Shown here: one piece after another, positions 1 to 8,037 of the stretch | How positions within the stretch are numbered: position 1 is the first letter of the stretch | Layout: every line of letters starts with the position of its first letter | From: a virus | IMG/VR virus record: IMGVR_UViG_3300031949_000070 | Span: 1-45,699 of that record | DNA: 45,699 nucleotides | Strand: one strand, 5' to 3' | The notes under the pieces: model-generated | The model's database searches: none | What the model saw: the letters and a program-made list of their open reading frames with translations, nothing else | What the model was told of the DNA's origin: nothing | Program-made: the position numbers and the translations under genes

Positions 1-127
1 TGGGCAACCTTGACCTAGCGGGGCTGGCTGCCTACTGGAATGCAAAGAGCAAAAACCTCCAGGAGGTGTTCGGGGCGGATTTTCCCCTGATTGAGGCCGA
101 AAAGAATCGCATCAAGGCCAACTTGCA
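1..127. repeat. 127-bp terminal direct repeat (left copy); closes the contig into a ~45,572-bp circle
   Basis: Bases 1-127 (tgggcaaccttgacctagcgg...atcaaggccaacttgca) are repeated base-for-base as the last 127 bases of the window. An ORF reads seamlessly across the junction. Confidence 0.95.
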
Positions 128-152
128 ACAGGGGAAGCCGGCCAATGGCTAA
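3..152 (+). CDS. 3' end of the junction-spanning gene (same gene as 44696..45699)
   Basis: Codons GGC AAC CTT GAC ... AAT GGC TAA continue the frame of 44696..45699. The stop is at 150-152. Confidence 0.7.
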   Translation, partial: GNLDLAGLAAYWNAKSKNLQEVFGADFPLIEAEKNRIKANLQQGKPANG

Positions 153-780
153 CTTCACATTTGACCCCGTAACGCACATCTACCGACTGGGGGATGTTAT
201 CCTGCCCTCAGTCACTCAAATTATCAAGGGGGTGGGCCTTTACGAGGTCAGCCCCTTTTCCACCGGGCCGGAACTCGGTAAACGGGTGCATACCGCTATT
301 GAGCAATTCAACCGGGGGATTACTGATCGGGATTTTATCGAGCCGGAAGTGTTACCGTATTTGGCAGCGTGGGAGCAATTTATAGCGGTTACCGAATACA
401 AATCTCAGCATCACGAGGAGCTGATGTATTCGCCCACGCTCCGGTTTGCCGGAACTATGGATGATTTTGGGGTGGGGGTGTTCGACAAAACCCAACGGCG
501 GATACAGGCTTTGCTTGATTTTAAGACCGGCGTGCCGCACCCAAGTCATAATCTCCAGCTTTGCGCTTACCGGGGGCTACTACATGAGTGCTACGGGGTG
601 GCCCCTGACAAGCTATTCACGCTCTATTTACGCAAAGATGGTAAATACCGGCTGGTAGAGTGTAAGCCGGAACATATTTTAAACAACTGGAATTTGTTCA
701 AGCAGACCATAAATATCTATAACTGGAAGATGAATAATGGCCTGGTAAACCAAAATCAAGAGGAAACTTTTTATGAATAA
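145..780 (+). CDS. PD-(D/E)XK (RecB/Cas4-like, no Cys cluster) exonuclease
   Basis: Motifs GTMDDFG ... LLDFKTG ... QLCAYRGLL fit D...(D/E)xK plus QxxxY. ATG 145 (MANFTFDP) is preferred over ATG 91 because 91-152 is the 3' end of the upstream gene. Confidence 0.65.
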   Translation: MANFTFDPVTHIYRLGDVILPSVTQIIKGVGLYEVSPFSTGPELGKRVHTAIEQFNRGITDRDFIEPEVLPYLAAWEQFIAVTEYKSQHHEELMYSPTLRFAGTMDDFGVGVFDKTQRRIQALLDFKTGVPHPSHNLQLCAYRGLLHECYGVAPDKLFTLYLRKDGKYRLVECKPEHILNNWNLFKQTINIYNWKMNNGLVNQNQEETFYE

Positions 781-1522
781 TGCACTAACCCCCGCAGTAC
801 AGCAGCAGCCAATAGCCTTGTTGCCGGAACACGAATCAATTTTGCAGCAGGCAGAGAAATCGCTTAGCAAAAGCATTTCTAGCCTCGTAGCGGCTTATGC
901 CAACCACCAGGTAACCGACCAGGCCAGCGCCGATTATGCTGGGGTTGGGGTAAAAACAGCGACACTTATAGAAAAAACAGCAGAGGAAGCCTTCGGAGAT
1001 ATTATTGCGGAGGCCCACAAAATGCACAAAGGGCTAACCTCCCGGCTGGCCGCATTTATCAGCGGCCCCTCTGCAAAGATTGATTCTCCGATAGTTGCCT
1101 TGAAAAAGCGGCTGAAGCAGCAGATATTTGCTTATCAAGCTGAGCAGGAACGCAAACAGCGGGAGGCCGCCGAAAAAATCCGGCTGGAAATGCAGCGGCA
1201 GGCAGATGAAGAGAGACTTGCCGCTGCGGTGCAGGCTGAGAAGGCGGGGGAAAAAGAGCTTGCCCAGTCCATCATTGAGCAGCCTGCCCCGTATATACCG
1301 GAAGTGATACAAGCCAAGCCAGCCCCGGTAGCCGGAGTTAGTGGTAGAACCATCTGGAAGGCCCAGGTAGACGATTTAATGAAGCTGGTACAGGCGGTGG
1401 CGGCGGGGAAAGTTCCCCTGTGTGCTATCCAGGCTAATGATAAGTTCCTGGGAGAGCAGGCCCGCAGTTTGACCACGGCATTTAATATGCCGGGGGTTCG
1501 AGCGTACTCGGTTAAGGTTTAA
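773..1522 (+). CDS. Hypothetical coiled-coil protein of the recombination module
   Basis: 249-aa ORF whose start overlaps the exonuclease stop. It has a central Glu/Arg/Ala-rich coiled-coil stretch (QAEQERKQREAAEKIRLEMQRQADEERL). No family recognised. Confidence 0.6.
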   Translation: MNNALTPAVQQQPIALLPEHESILQQAEKSLSKSISSLVAAYANHQVTDQASADYAGVGVKTATLIEKTAEEAFGDIIAEAHKMHKGLTSRLAAFISGPSAKIDSPIVALKKRLKQQIFAYQAEQERKQREAAEKIRLEMQRQADEERLAAAVQAEKAGEKELAQSIIEQPAPYIPEVIQAKPAPVAGVSGRTIWKAQVDDLMKLVQAVAAGKVPLCAIQANDKFLGEQARSLTTAFNMPGVRAYSVKV

Positions 1523-1618
1523 CCCCGGCCACCTTGCCGGAACAGGGTGGAGGGATTGTAGACCACTGGCAAGCCGGTTTTGACCCGGCCCGCAGGGAAT
1601 TAACTTTAAGGGGGAATT

Positions 1619-2185
1619 ATGCAAGACAGATTAAATGTTACATTTGTAAAATTCAAGCCGTACAAAATTACCGGCAATATCTATGTTGACCTTGTTTTTG
1701 AGTGCCGGGCAGATTTACACATGCCAATTCTTGCCCCGCTTGGAATATCAGTGGAGCATATTGAAACCGGCGAAGATTTTGAGGTAAGGGTCGGGGATGT
1801 TCCGCTTACCAGTGAATCATTCGACATTTCGTTATGGGGGACTGGAGAAAACATGCCTCAAGCCCTCAAAAATCGGATGATTACCAAGGTCAAAAAAAGC
1901 CAGTATCGGGGGGACAAAGAGATATTTCCGATATTGACTTTATTGACTTTCACCATCGGCTGCAAGACCAATTCGGATTTTTGGCACTGGATATACAATA
2001 ATTGGGGCGATGATATACAACTTCGGCTTGAGGCCCGGCAGCAGAAACTACCGGATGGGATAAACGCAGCAGGGTGTAGCGAGCTTAAGGCTATTGGTAT
2101 ATCTTGCGGCGGGGAGAGCCTCACGCTAAACCAGGAGTCGGGGAAACTGCTGGAAGAGCCCGCCCGGAGGATGAGAAATGCTTAG
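1619..2185 (+). CDS. Hypothetical protein
   Basis: 188-aa ORF with an AAGGGGGAA RBS-like stretch upstream of the ATG. Confidence 0.55.
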   Translation: MQDRLNVTFVKFKPYKITGNIYVDLVFECRADLHMPILAPLGISVEHIETGEDFEVRVGDVPLTSESFDISLWGTGENMPQALKNRMITKVKKSQYRGDKEIFPILTLLTFTIGCKTNSDFWHWIYNNWGDDIQLRLEARQQKLPDGINAAGCSELKAIGISCGGESLTLNQESGKLLEEPARRMRNA

Positions 2186-2765
2186 GGCAAATAGTCGCAT
2201 TGACGAACACGGAGAGGGGCTAATTGAAATATCTTTAAGTTTGGCAGCTTGGCTTTCCGGTGGTGATACCGGGACATCATCTCGTAATATAGCCAGAAGA
2301 TATTTAGGGTTGCCTATTATGCGGCAATTAAATGGATACCCACATGATGGGGATGATTTTGGACGGTGTTATCGGCTGTTGATCGCCTGCCCAGAAATAG
2401 ATATCCGGGGCATGAAGGGTTTCCATAAAATTTGGGATGCGTTGGTTGATAACTGGAAGTTTTTGACCCAGAAATATGAGTTATCAGAGGTGAAATTAAT
2501 GGAGCTTAATACAAAGTGTGTCCAGGAGCCTAAATCACCACCGTGTAGCGATAGCGAAGAAAAACCACAGCTTAATGACCGGATTCGCAGCATTCTAAAT
2601 AATGTAGTAGTCATTTGCAACCAAATAGAAGTGAAAGACTATGATAATTCAACGTTGTCTCATGCTGCCGTTGATGGGGTAATTACCCAGGCCACTCTCC
2701 AATTGAACAACCTGTTTTCGTCTGAGCTATACAATTTAGCCAAAAACATGAACAGCACGGGCTAA
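2178..2765 (+). CDS. Hypothetical protein
   Basis: 195-aa ORF. Its start overlaps the previous stop by 8 nt. Confidence 0.55.
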   Translation: MLRANSRIDEHGEGLIEISLSLAAWLSGGDTGTSSRNIARRYLGLPIMRQLNGYPHDGDDFGRCYRLLIACPEIDIRGMKGFHKIWDALVDNWKFLTQKYELSEVKLMELNTKCVQEPKSPPCSDSEEKPQLNDRIRSILNNVVVICNQIEVKDYDNSTLSHAAVDGVITQATLQLNNLFSSELYNLAKNMNSTG

Positions 2766-2859
2766 TTTCTACTTAGGTAGATGCCGGATAGCTACCGGCT
2801 GAACTGAGTGGGCTGCGGGGGAACCTCAGAGAGATTGACAAATAAGCCCGCCCATAACC

Positions 2860-2927
2860 GCCGGATTAGTTTAATGCAGAGCACCCGCAGAATCCGGGAG
2901 GCGCAAGTTCGATTCTTGCATCCGGCT
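2860..2927 (+). tRNA. tRNA-like gene with a non-canonical anticodon arm (GAA/Phe-like if read conventionally)
   Basis: Perfect 7-bp acceptor stem (GCCGGAT/ATCCGGC). Perfect T arm (GCAAG-TTCGATT-CTTGC). D stem GTTT/GAGC uses G-U pairs. The anticodon stem has only 4 bp (CCCG/CGGG), the loop is CAGAATC (A where U33 is expected), the variable region is short, and no CCA is encoded. Confidence 0.45.
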
Positions 2928-2934
2928 CTATTAA

Positions 2935-3039
2935 TTTAACAGGGAAAAGCATTATGCTACCTTCCCGGAAAAGCTGGTTGAAAGAATGATAAGCTGCTCC
3001 ACCAAGCTGGGGGATTTGGTACTTGACCCATTCAGATGA
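2935..3039 (+). pseudogene. Relic of a DNA methyltransferase (N4/N6 type, catalytic-to-SAM-binding segment only)
   Basis: The frame reads FNREKHYATFPEKLVERMISCSTKLGDLVLDPFR then a stop. The (H)xATFPxxL ... GDxVLDPF pattern normally continues xGSGTT. No upstream or downstream remainder is present. Confidence 0.5.
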
Positions 3040-3269
3040 ATAAAATGCAAATAAGACTTTTCCCTTAGACCACCAGGTTATAACCAGAACAAAACCATAA
3101 TTACCGGAAACGCTTGTCTGGTAAGGAAGGCCAGGCCGATATAAAAGACGAATCTGCAACATGTCTCAAACTTTTTAGACATGACCTGAATTTATAATAT
3201 ACGCTACGCCAAATGTAGCGGTAACGCCAATATCACTATAAATATTTGCACGGTAACGCTATTTTTTTA

Positions 3270-3298
3270 TTGATAACATATTACGCTATATATATACT
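3270..3298 (+). promoter_or_regulatory. Sigma70-like promoter TTGATA-N17-TATACT
   Basis: Hexamers at 3270-3275 and 3293-3298, about 28 nt upstream of the XRE gene. Flanked by repeated GGTAACGC and TACGCTA words at 3200-3290. Confidence 0.5.
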
Positions 3299-3325
3299 GT
3301 AAAGGTAAATTATAAAGGAGATATA

Positions 3326-3502
3326 ATGACAGCTTTAGAAATAAAGGCTTTACGAAAAAGGATGGGCTTGGGTCAAGAAAAATTTGCAAGCCAAGTTGGA
3401 GTAAGTCTTATGGCGGTTTACTTCTGGGAAAATGGACGGAGGAAGCCTTCTCCATTAGCGGTAGAAAAATTACGGGCTTTATACTTAAAATATCCCGCAT
3501 AA
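3326..3502 (+). CDS. XRE/Cro-like helix-turn-helix protein (58 aa)
   Basis: Below the ORF-track size cut-off. AAAGGAG RBS at 3314-3320. Sequence MTALEIKALRKRMGLGQEKFASQVGVSLMAVYFWENGRRKPSP is a typical HTH_3 pattern. Confidence 0.75.
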   Translation: MTALEIKALRKRMGLGQEKFASQVGVSLMAVYFWENGRRKPSPLAVEKLRALYLKYPA

Positions 3503-3516
3503 AAGGAAGGTTTTTT

Positions 3517-4275
3517 ATGGGAAAAACCCCGGCCTTTCTTTTTTATCCGAGCGACTGGACACGAGACCTTGACGATCAAGACTTAGAAATTGAGGGAGCG
3601 TGGATACGCATATGTTGTCGTTTGTTTTGGGGTGGAGGTTCAGCTACAAAAACTTTAGATGAGTGGTCTAAAGTTTTAAGAAAAAATAGAAAAAAAACAG
3701 AAAAAATTTTAAAATTTTTATTAAAAAATAAAATTTCTTCTGGACTTTTTTTGGATAACCAAAACATAACCATAATGAGCCGTAGGATGATAAAAGATAA
3801 AGAATTAAGTGAAAAAAGACAACAATTTGGGAAATTAGGTGGTAATCCTAAATTAATTAAAAATGAAGCAGTTAGCTTAACCAAAAAAGATGTTTTGGTT
3901 AACCAAACACCTGAAACTGAATATGAATATGAATATGAAATAGATACTGAAAAAGATAGTAAAAAGGTGGATGAAAAATTTGAATCTTTTTGGATCGCAT
4001 ATCCAAAAAAAAAGAGTAAAGGGGATGCAGAAAAAGCATGGCGGGTGATAAAGCCCTCCATTGAGTTACTCTCAAAGATTCTTACTTCGATTGAGCAGGC
4101 AAAAAAATCTGAGGATTGGAATAAGGATAGCGGTAAATATATCCCGTATCCTGCAACCTGGTTACGGGCTAAGGGGTGGGATGATGATTATACCCCAATA
4201 AAAACCGAAATTATAAAAACCCAAAAAGATTTACGTAGGGAAGCTGCTCTTAAAAAGATTATGGAGGATGATTAG
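3517..4275 (+). CDS. DUF1376 (YdaU)-like replication-associated protein
   Basis: N-terminus is PAFLFYPSDWTRD...EGAWIRICC. C-terminus is FESFWIAYPKKKSKGDAEKAW...YIPYPATWLRAKGWDDD, a pattern common in phage replication-organiser proteins. Confidence 0.6.
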   Translation: MGKTPAFLFYPSDWTRDLDDQDLEIEGAWIRICCRLFWGGGSATKTLDEWSKVLRKNRKKTEKILKFLLKNKISSGLFLDNQNITIMSRRMIKDKELSEKRQQFGKLGGNPKLIKNEAVSLTKKDVLVNQTPETEYEYEYEIDTEKDSKKVDEKFESFWIAYPKKKSKGDAEKAWRVIKPSIELLSKILTSIEQAKKSEDWNKDSGKYIPYPATWLRAKGWDDDYTPIKTEIIKTQKDLRREAALKKIMEDD

Positions 4276-4976
4276 TGAATAAACAACAGGCTGACGAAAT
4301 TTTGGCAGACATCCTTACTGAATATCATTGTGTAGAATCAGCACCGCTTAGTGCCAAGGGCTGGAAATCTATACTATTCGCCTTTGACTACAACCTAACT
4401 CAATCAGCACTTACAAAGTTATCCTCTGAGGTTCCGGCGATCACGACATACGGTAAATTGCCAGACATTGAAATTTTTAAGCGAATTTACCGGGAGTTAA
4501 GGGAAAAAGAGAATCCAAAGGAAGATAAAAACAGTTATTGCCCGTGCTGCAAAAATTCTGGCTGGTTGCTATATCAAAAATCAGAAGAGATAGAATATTA
4601 TCCCTGGACAGGAAAATATAAAGGGGGATTAACCCACGTTGAATTTTATAATAAAATGGGTTCGTATCCGGGGATAAATGACGAGGAACATGAAAATTTT
4701 AAGGTTAAAAAAACCGTAACATCGGAATATGTTGTGAAATGCCCACATTTGGGGGATAAGTGGCAGGCTGAATTACAAAAACAGGGATTGGATAAGTGCC
4801 ACAATATGGCCTGTAGTAACCCTGGGCGTAAATCTCGTAGAGAGGTAAGCGCTGGAATGAGCGGAATAGAACGCCACAGGATGAAGGGGTGTATGTACGT
4901 GCAGACGGTAACTGAGTTGCCACCAAGGGCAGCCCGTGACTTTACAGAGCCGAAGGTGGTGGAAATTCCATTTTAA
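4275..4976 (+). CDS. Hypothetical Cys-rich protein (possible helicase-loader-like partner)
   Basis: 233-aa ORF. GTG start overlaps the previous stop (TAGTG). Contains YCPCCKNSGW and further Cys/His. The functional guess is from position only. Confidence 0.5.
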   Translation: MNKQQADEILADILTEYHCVESAPLSAKGWKSILFAFDYNLTQSALTKLSSEVPAITTYGKLPDIEIFKRIYRELREKENPKEDKNSYCPCCKNSGWLLYQKSEEIEYYPWTGKYKGGLTHVEFYNKMGSYPGINDEEHENFKVKKTVTSEYVVKCPHLGDKWQAELQKQGLDKCHNMACSNPGRKSRREVSAGMSGIERHRMKGCMYVQTVTELPPRAARDFTEPKVVEIPF

Positions 4977-5013
4977 TTAAAATAATAGCGGTACAGGCTA
5001 CAGGAGGGCTTCA

Positions 5014-5313
5014 ATGAAAAATATTTCCGCTGAAGATATTGCTTTAACGAGTTTACGAATAGAAGATATTACGCCTTATCTACGTTGCAAAGGATGGAAA
5101 CATAGCCAGAGTCCCAATGATAGGCTTATTGTATTTGAGGGGCAGCAAGATGATGAAGGGCAAACCATTGAATTGATCTTACCCCAACGGAATGATTATG
5201 TAGATACCTACGTTCGACTCGCCGATGCGATTAACCTTCTTGCAGCAGTGGAAAATCGTTCCCCTAATGAAATTATCAAAGCTATTAAAGCCCTTGGAGA
5301 GCAAAGGTATTGA
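5014..5313 (+). CDS. Hypothetical protein
   Basis: 99-aa ORF with a GGAGGG RBS upstream. Confidence 0.55.
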   Translation: MKNISAEDIALTSLRIEDITPYLRCKGWKHSQSPNDRLIVFEGQQDDEGQTIELILPQRNDYVDTYVRLADAINLLAAVENRSPNEIIKAIKALGEQRY

Positions 5314-5325
5314 AAAGGAGAGTAT

Positions 5326-5418
5326 ATGAAAGAGCATCCAATTTTATGGTCAACAAAGATGGTCTTGGAGTTACTGTCCGGGCAAAAGACTTGCACGAGG
5401 GACTTTTCCCAGGAATAG
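5326..5418 (+). pseudogene. 30-codon ORF resembling the N-terminus of ASCH-type phage proteins; probably a truncated relic
   Basis: AAAGGAG RBS, then MKEHPILWSTKMVLELLSGQKTCTRDFSQE and a stop. The PILxSTxMVxxLLxGxKTxTR pattern normally continues for more than 100 aa. Confidence 0.35.
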
Positions 5419-5431
5419 ATGAGCGGTCTGC

Positions 5432-5453
5432 ATTTTATCGAGAAAGCAAGGGG
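5432..5453 (+). repeat. 22-nt direct repeat ATTTTATCGAGAAAGCAAGGGG, copy 1
   Basis: Identical 22-mer at 5631-5652. Each copy encodes ..FIEKARG.. plus the RBS of the next gene. Confidence 0.9.
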
Positions 5454-5461
5454 GATAAAAC

Positions 5462-5659
5462 ATGATAAGGGAGATTGAACTGCCAGAAGATGCCAGATTA
5501 GCCATTGACTTAGAGCGGGCGCTGGATTTGGCGTGTGAAATATTAAGTTCGGAAACCGGCAAATGTCCAGAAGATTGTACCCACGAGAAGGGGGGATGTG
5601 GCAACATAGATTCTGAATGCTGGAAGCGATATTTTATCGAGAAAGCAAGGGGAAAATGA
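5462..5659 (+). CDS. Hypothetical small Cys-rich protein (65 aa)
   Basis: ORF bracketed by the 22-nt direct repeats. Its stop overlaps the next start (ATGA). Confidence 0.55.
   Translation: MIREIELPEDARLAIDLERALDLACEILSSETGKCPEDCTHEKGGCGNIDSECWKRYFIEKARGK
5631..5652 (+). repeat. 22-nt direct repeat ATTTTATCGAGAAAGCAAGGGG, copy 2
   Basis: Identical to 5432-5453. Together the two copies flank ORF 5462..5659. Confidence 0.9.
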
Positions 5660-6273
5660 AAGAATATCATAAGATTAATTCAATATTTAAACGGTCAATT
5701 GACGGTAAAAAAATGTTGTTCGGGGAATACTCAGTACCTGAATTTGATTATCTAAAAAATAATCAATGGCTGTTTACTGAAAAGGTTGATGGGACGAATA
5801 TCCGAGTTATTTGGGACGGAGTAAAGGTTCTGATTAAAGGGAAAACAGACAACGCTCAAATACATTGGCAATTAATTGAGAAAATACAGGCATTGTTACC
5901 TGTGTATAAATTTACAGATATTTTCAAGGATATTCCCCTGTGTCTATATGGGGAAGGCTATGGGGCCGGGATTCAGAAGGGGGGAGGACTTTATAAACTA
6001 GAAAAGGATTTTGTTCTGTTTGATGTAATGATTAACGAAACCTGGCTTGAAAGAAGCAACTGCGAAGATGTGGCTGAAAAACTAGGCATAGAGATAGTAC
6101 CCATCATAGGCCGGGGTACTCTCTTGGACGCACAGGTCAAGGTTGAAACAGGATTTGTTTCAACCTGGGGAAATTTTATTGCAGAAGGGCTGGTAATAAA
6201 ACCAATCATAGAGTTATGTGATCGTCGAGGAGGACGAATAATAACCAAAATTAAACATAGGGATTTCAAATGA
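5656..6273 (+). CDS. ATP-dependent RNA-ligase-like nucleotidyltransferase
   Basis: Start taken at MKEYHKINSIFKR (ATG 5656, AAGGGG RBS). Motif I is TEKVDGTNIRV (KxDGxN). Later motifs are LYGEGYG, EGLVIKP and TKIKHRDF. Confidence 0.6.
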   Translation: MKEYHKINSIFKRSIDGKKMLFGEYSVPEFDYLKNNQWLFTEKVDGTNIRVIWDGVKVLIKGKTDNAQIHWQLIEKIQALLPVYKFTDIFKDIPLCLYGEGYGAGIQKGGGLYKLEKDFVLFDVMINETWLERSNCEDVAEKLGIEIVPIIGRGTLLDAQVKVETGFVSTWGNFIAEGLVIKPIIELCDRRGGRIITKIKHRDFK

Positions 6274-6291
6274 ACCTCTGGGGGTGGAGGA

Positions 6292-6531
6292 ATGAACGAC
6301 AAAATAATTCGTAAAGGCAGCAAGGTTATAAAGTTCTACTGGAAAGAAGTTGAAACAGGGGAACACTATACTCTCTTTGTTGTGCTGGGGAAGTCAGCTA
6401 CCTTTATGGGAGAAGTTTTTCTGTCCTGTGATGATACATGGATCGGCACAGGCGCAGAATGTACTCGCAATCTGTGCAACTCGAAAAACCTCTCATATGC
6501 CATGAAGCGGGTAGAGAAATTGACTATATGA
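6292..6531 (+). CDS. Hypothetical protein
   Basis: 79-aa ORF with a GGTGGAGGA RBS. Confidence 0.5.
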   Translation: MNDKIIRKGSKVIKFYWKEVETGEHYTLFVVLGKSATFMGEVFLSCDDTWIGTGAECTRNLCNSKNLSYAMKRVEKLTI

Positions 6532-6540
6532 GGAGGTAAT

Positions 6541-6801
6541 ATGCCAGATAAAACCTTTTTGTATCCGCAGGCTACAATCGAAATAACGGAAACCGCCGAA
6601 GGGCTGATTATCTTTATTCGGACAAGGGACGGGTACACGAAACAGACCTTTAACATGCTGGATGAGGATAGGATATTTGTTTACAAATATCCCGACAACC
6701 AGCCAACGCTCACGAGCTTACAGGGCATCGCTCCCAACCTTTTATTACCGGGGATTGGTAGTCGAAAGTGGAGAGATGTTTGGAGAAAAAGCAAATGCTA
6801 A
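6541..6801 (+). CDS. Hypothetical protein
   Basis: 86-aa ORF with a GAGGAGG RBS. Confidence 0.5.
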   Translation: MPDKTFLYPQATIEITETAEGLIIFIRTRDGYTKQTFNMLDEDRIFVYKYPDNQPTLTSLQGIAPNLLLPGIGSRKWRDVWRKSKC

Positions 6802-7694
6802 GCAAAATGGCTGAGATGGTGGGGGCAGAGAGGTTGTCAAGGGGCTTGTATTGGACAAGGGCATTAAGTTTGGTCTCTGGATGTACCCACTGTTCCCCTG
6901 GCTGTCATAAATGCTGGAGCGCAGCCGCTACGCATATGAGGGCCTGGAACCCTAATATTAAGATTGCTCGTAACAATCTAGGGCTAACAAATCCCCACGG
7001 CAAGTTTAATGGTAATATCCGGCTACACCCGGAGTTAATAAATTTGCCATCAGTTACTAAAAAACCTACGGTGTGGGCGGTATGGAACGACCTGTTTCAT
7101 GTCGATATTCAATATTCATTTCAGGCCCTGGCATTGTCTGAAATGGCATATAATAAAAGGCACATTTTTATAACATGTACCAAGCGGGCAGATAGGATGC
7201 AGTCTGTAATATCTCGTTTTTACAAAGAGGCCATAGCAAACAAACTTATTCCAGATGAAATTATTCCCATTCCAAATCTTATCACCATGATTACCGCCGA
7301 AAACCAGGACATGGCCGATGAGCGGATACCGTATCTGCTGCAAACGGAATCAGCGTGTCGGGCGGTAAGCGTGGAACCGCTACTGTCTAATATAGATTTT
7401 ACGGCTATTCCTTTTGGCAAAGATTGGGGGAATGAAGATATGCACTATAAAGCCTTGCTAGGCACAGACGTGGAAGGGATTGGTCACTATTCGGTTGTGC
7501 CAAAAGGATATTCAAATAAAATAAACTGGATTACCGTGGGCGCAGAGACCCCGGTCGGCCCCAAGTCCCGCAAGCCGGAATTTGACTGGATAGATAATAT
7601 TCACCAGCAATGCCATGAGGCGGGCGTGCCAATATTCATGAAGAATAGCCTGAAACCATTTTACCGGCACTTGCCGCAGGAGTTTCCGTTATGA
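6795..7694 (+). CDS. Gp37/Gp68-family (DUF5131) phage protein
   Basis: GLYWTRALSLVSGCTHCSPGCHKCWSAA matches the W..W.p..GC...SpGC..C signature of this family. ATG 6795 is preferred because of the GGAGA RBS. Confidence 0.6.
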   Translation: MLSKMAEMVGAERLSRGLYWTRALSLVSGCTHCSPGCHKCWSAAATHMRAWNPNIKIARNNLGLTNPHGKFNGNIRLHPELINLPSVTKKPTVWAVWNDLFHVDIQYSFQALALSEMAYNKRHIFITCTKRADRMQSVISRFYKEAIANKLIPDEIIPIPNLITMITAENQDMADERIPYLLQTESACRAVSVEPLLSNIDFTAIPFGKDWGNEDMHYKALLGTDVEGIGHYSVVPKGYSNKINWITVGAETPVGPKSRKPEFDWIDNIHQQCHEAGVPIFMKNSLKPFYRHLPQEFPL

Positions 7695-7864
7695 ATTCAG
7701 AAAAAGTTTTAAATTCGATAACCATCGCACGTGAATTTTTGGCCCAAGCGGATATTGTGATGGCCAATAGCAATGAATATTTTGGCAATAAGCATACCGC
7801 CCGGCTCCGCCGGTTATCAATGGAGCTAACACGGGCATTGGCAGAGTTGAGGAGGCCATTATGA
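7691..7864 (+). CDS. Hypothetical small protein (57 aa)
   Basis: Below the ORF-track cut-off. Its ATG overlaps the previous stop and its own stop overlaps the next ATG. Confidence 0.45.
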   Translation: MNSEKVLNSITIAREFLAQADIVMANSNEYFGNKHTARLRRLSMELTRALAELRRPL

Positions 7865-7975
7865 TTATGCACGCATTATCTGTCAAACAATCCTTTGCGT
7901 CACTGATTGCCCGTGGGCGCAAGACGAAAGAAACTCGTACTTGGAAGACGAAGTACCGGGGCGACCTGCTGATTT

Positions 7976-8018
7976 GCGCTTGTTTCAGTTCCCTCTTTAT
8001 AGGGAAGATAGCTGCAAT
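7976..8018 (+). repeat. CRISPR-repeat-like unit, copy A (GCGCTT + GTTTCAGTTCCCTCTTTATAGGGAAGATAGCTGCAAT)
   Basis: 42/43 identical to 40464-40506. Internal hairpin TTCCCT-CTTTAT-AGGGAA. The termini GTTTCAG...CTGCAAT are partially inverted. Confidence 0.85.
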
Positions 8019-8037
8019 GCCCGCAAGGGCAAAGGAG
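8019..8037 (+). promoter_or_regulatory. Hairpin-SD junction element (GCCCGCAAGGGC + AAAGGAG), copy 1 of 7
   Basis: 4-bp GC stem with a GCAA loop, directly abutting the RBS, 5 nt before ATG 8043. Confidence 0.7.

Noticed and set aside
1-127. Genuine physical direct terminal repeats (T7-like DTR).
   Set aside because: The repeat lies inside a continuous coding sequence and has a length typical of an assembly k-mer overlap. The question needs read-terminus data to settle, so it is reported only as circular closure.
91-144. Longer N-terminal extension of the exonuclease ORF (MRPKRIASRPTCNRGSRP...).
   Set aside because: These codons lie inside the 3' end of the junction-spanning upstream gene (stop at 150-152). 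ATG 145 gives the typical ATGGCTAA stop/start overlap and a sensible N-terminus (MANFTFDP).
2866-3162. 98-aa minus-strand ORF.
   Set aside because: It is antisense to the tRNA-like gene and to the methyltransferase relic, whose + strand reading carries the recognisable FPEKL...VLDPF motif.
7976-8018. Interpreting the 37-nt units as a CRISPR array.
   Set aside because: There are only two full copies and they lie ~32 kb apart. The third copy is inverted and degenerate. There is no repeat-spacer periodicity, so at most these are solitary units or element termini.
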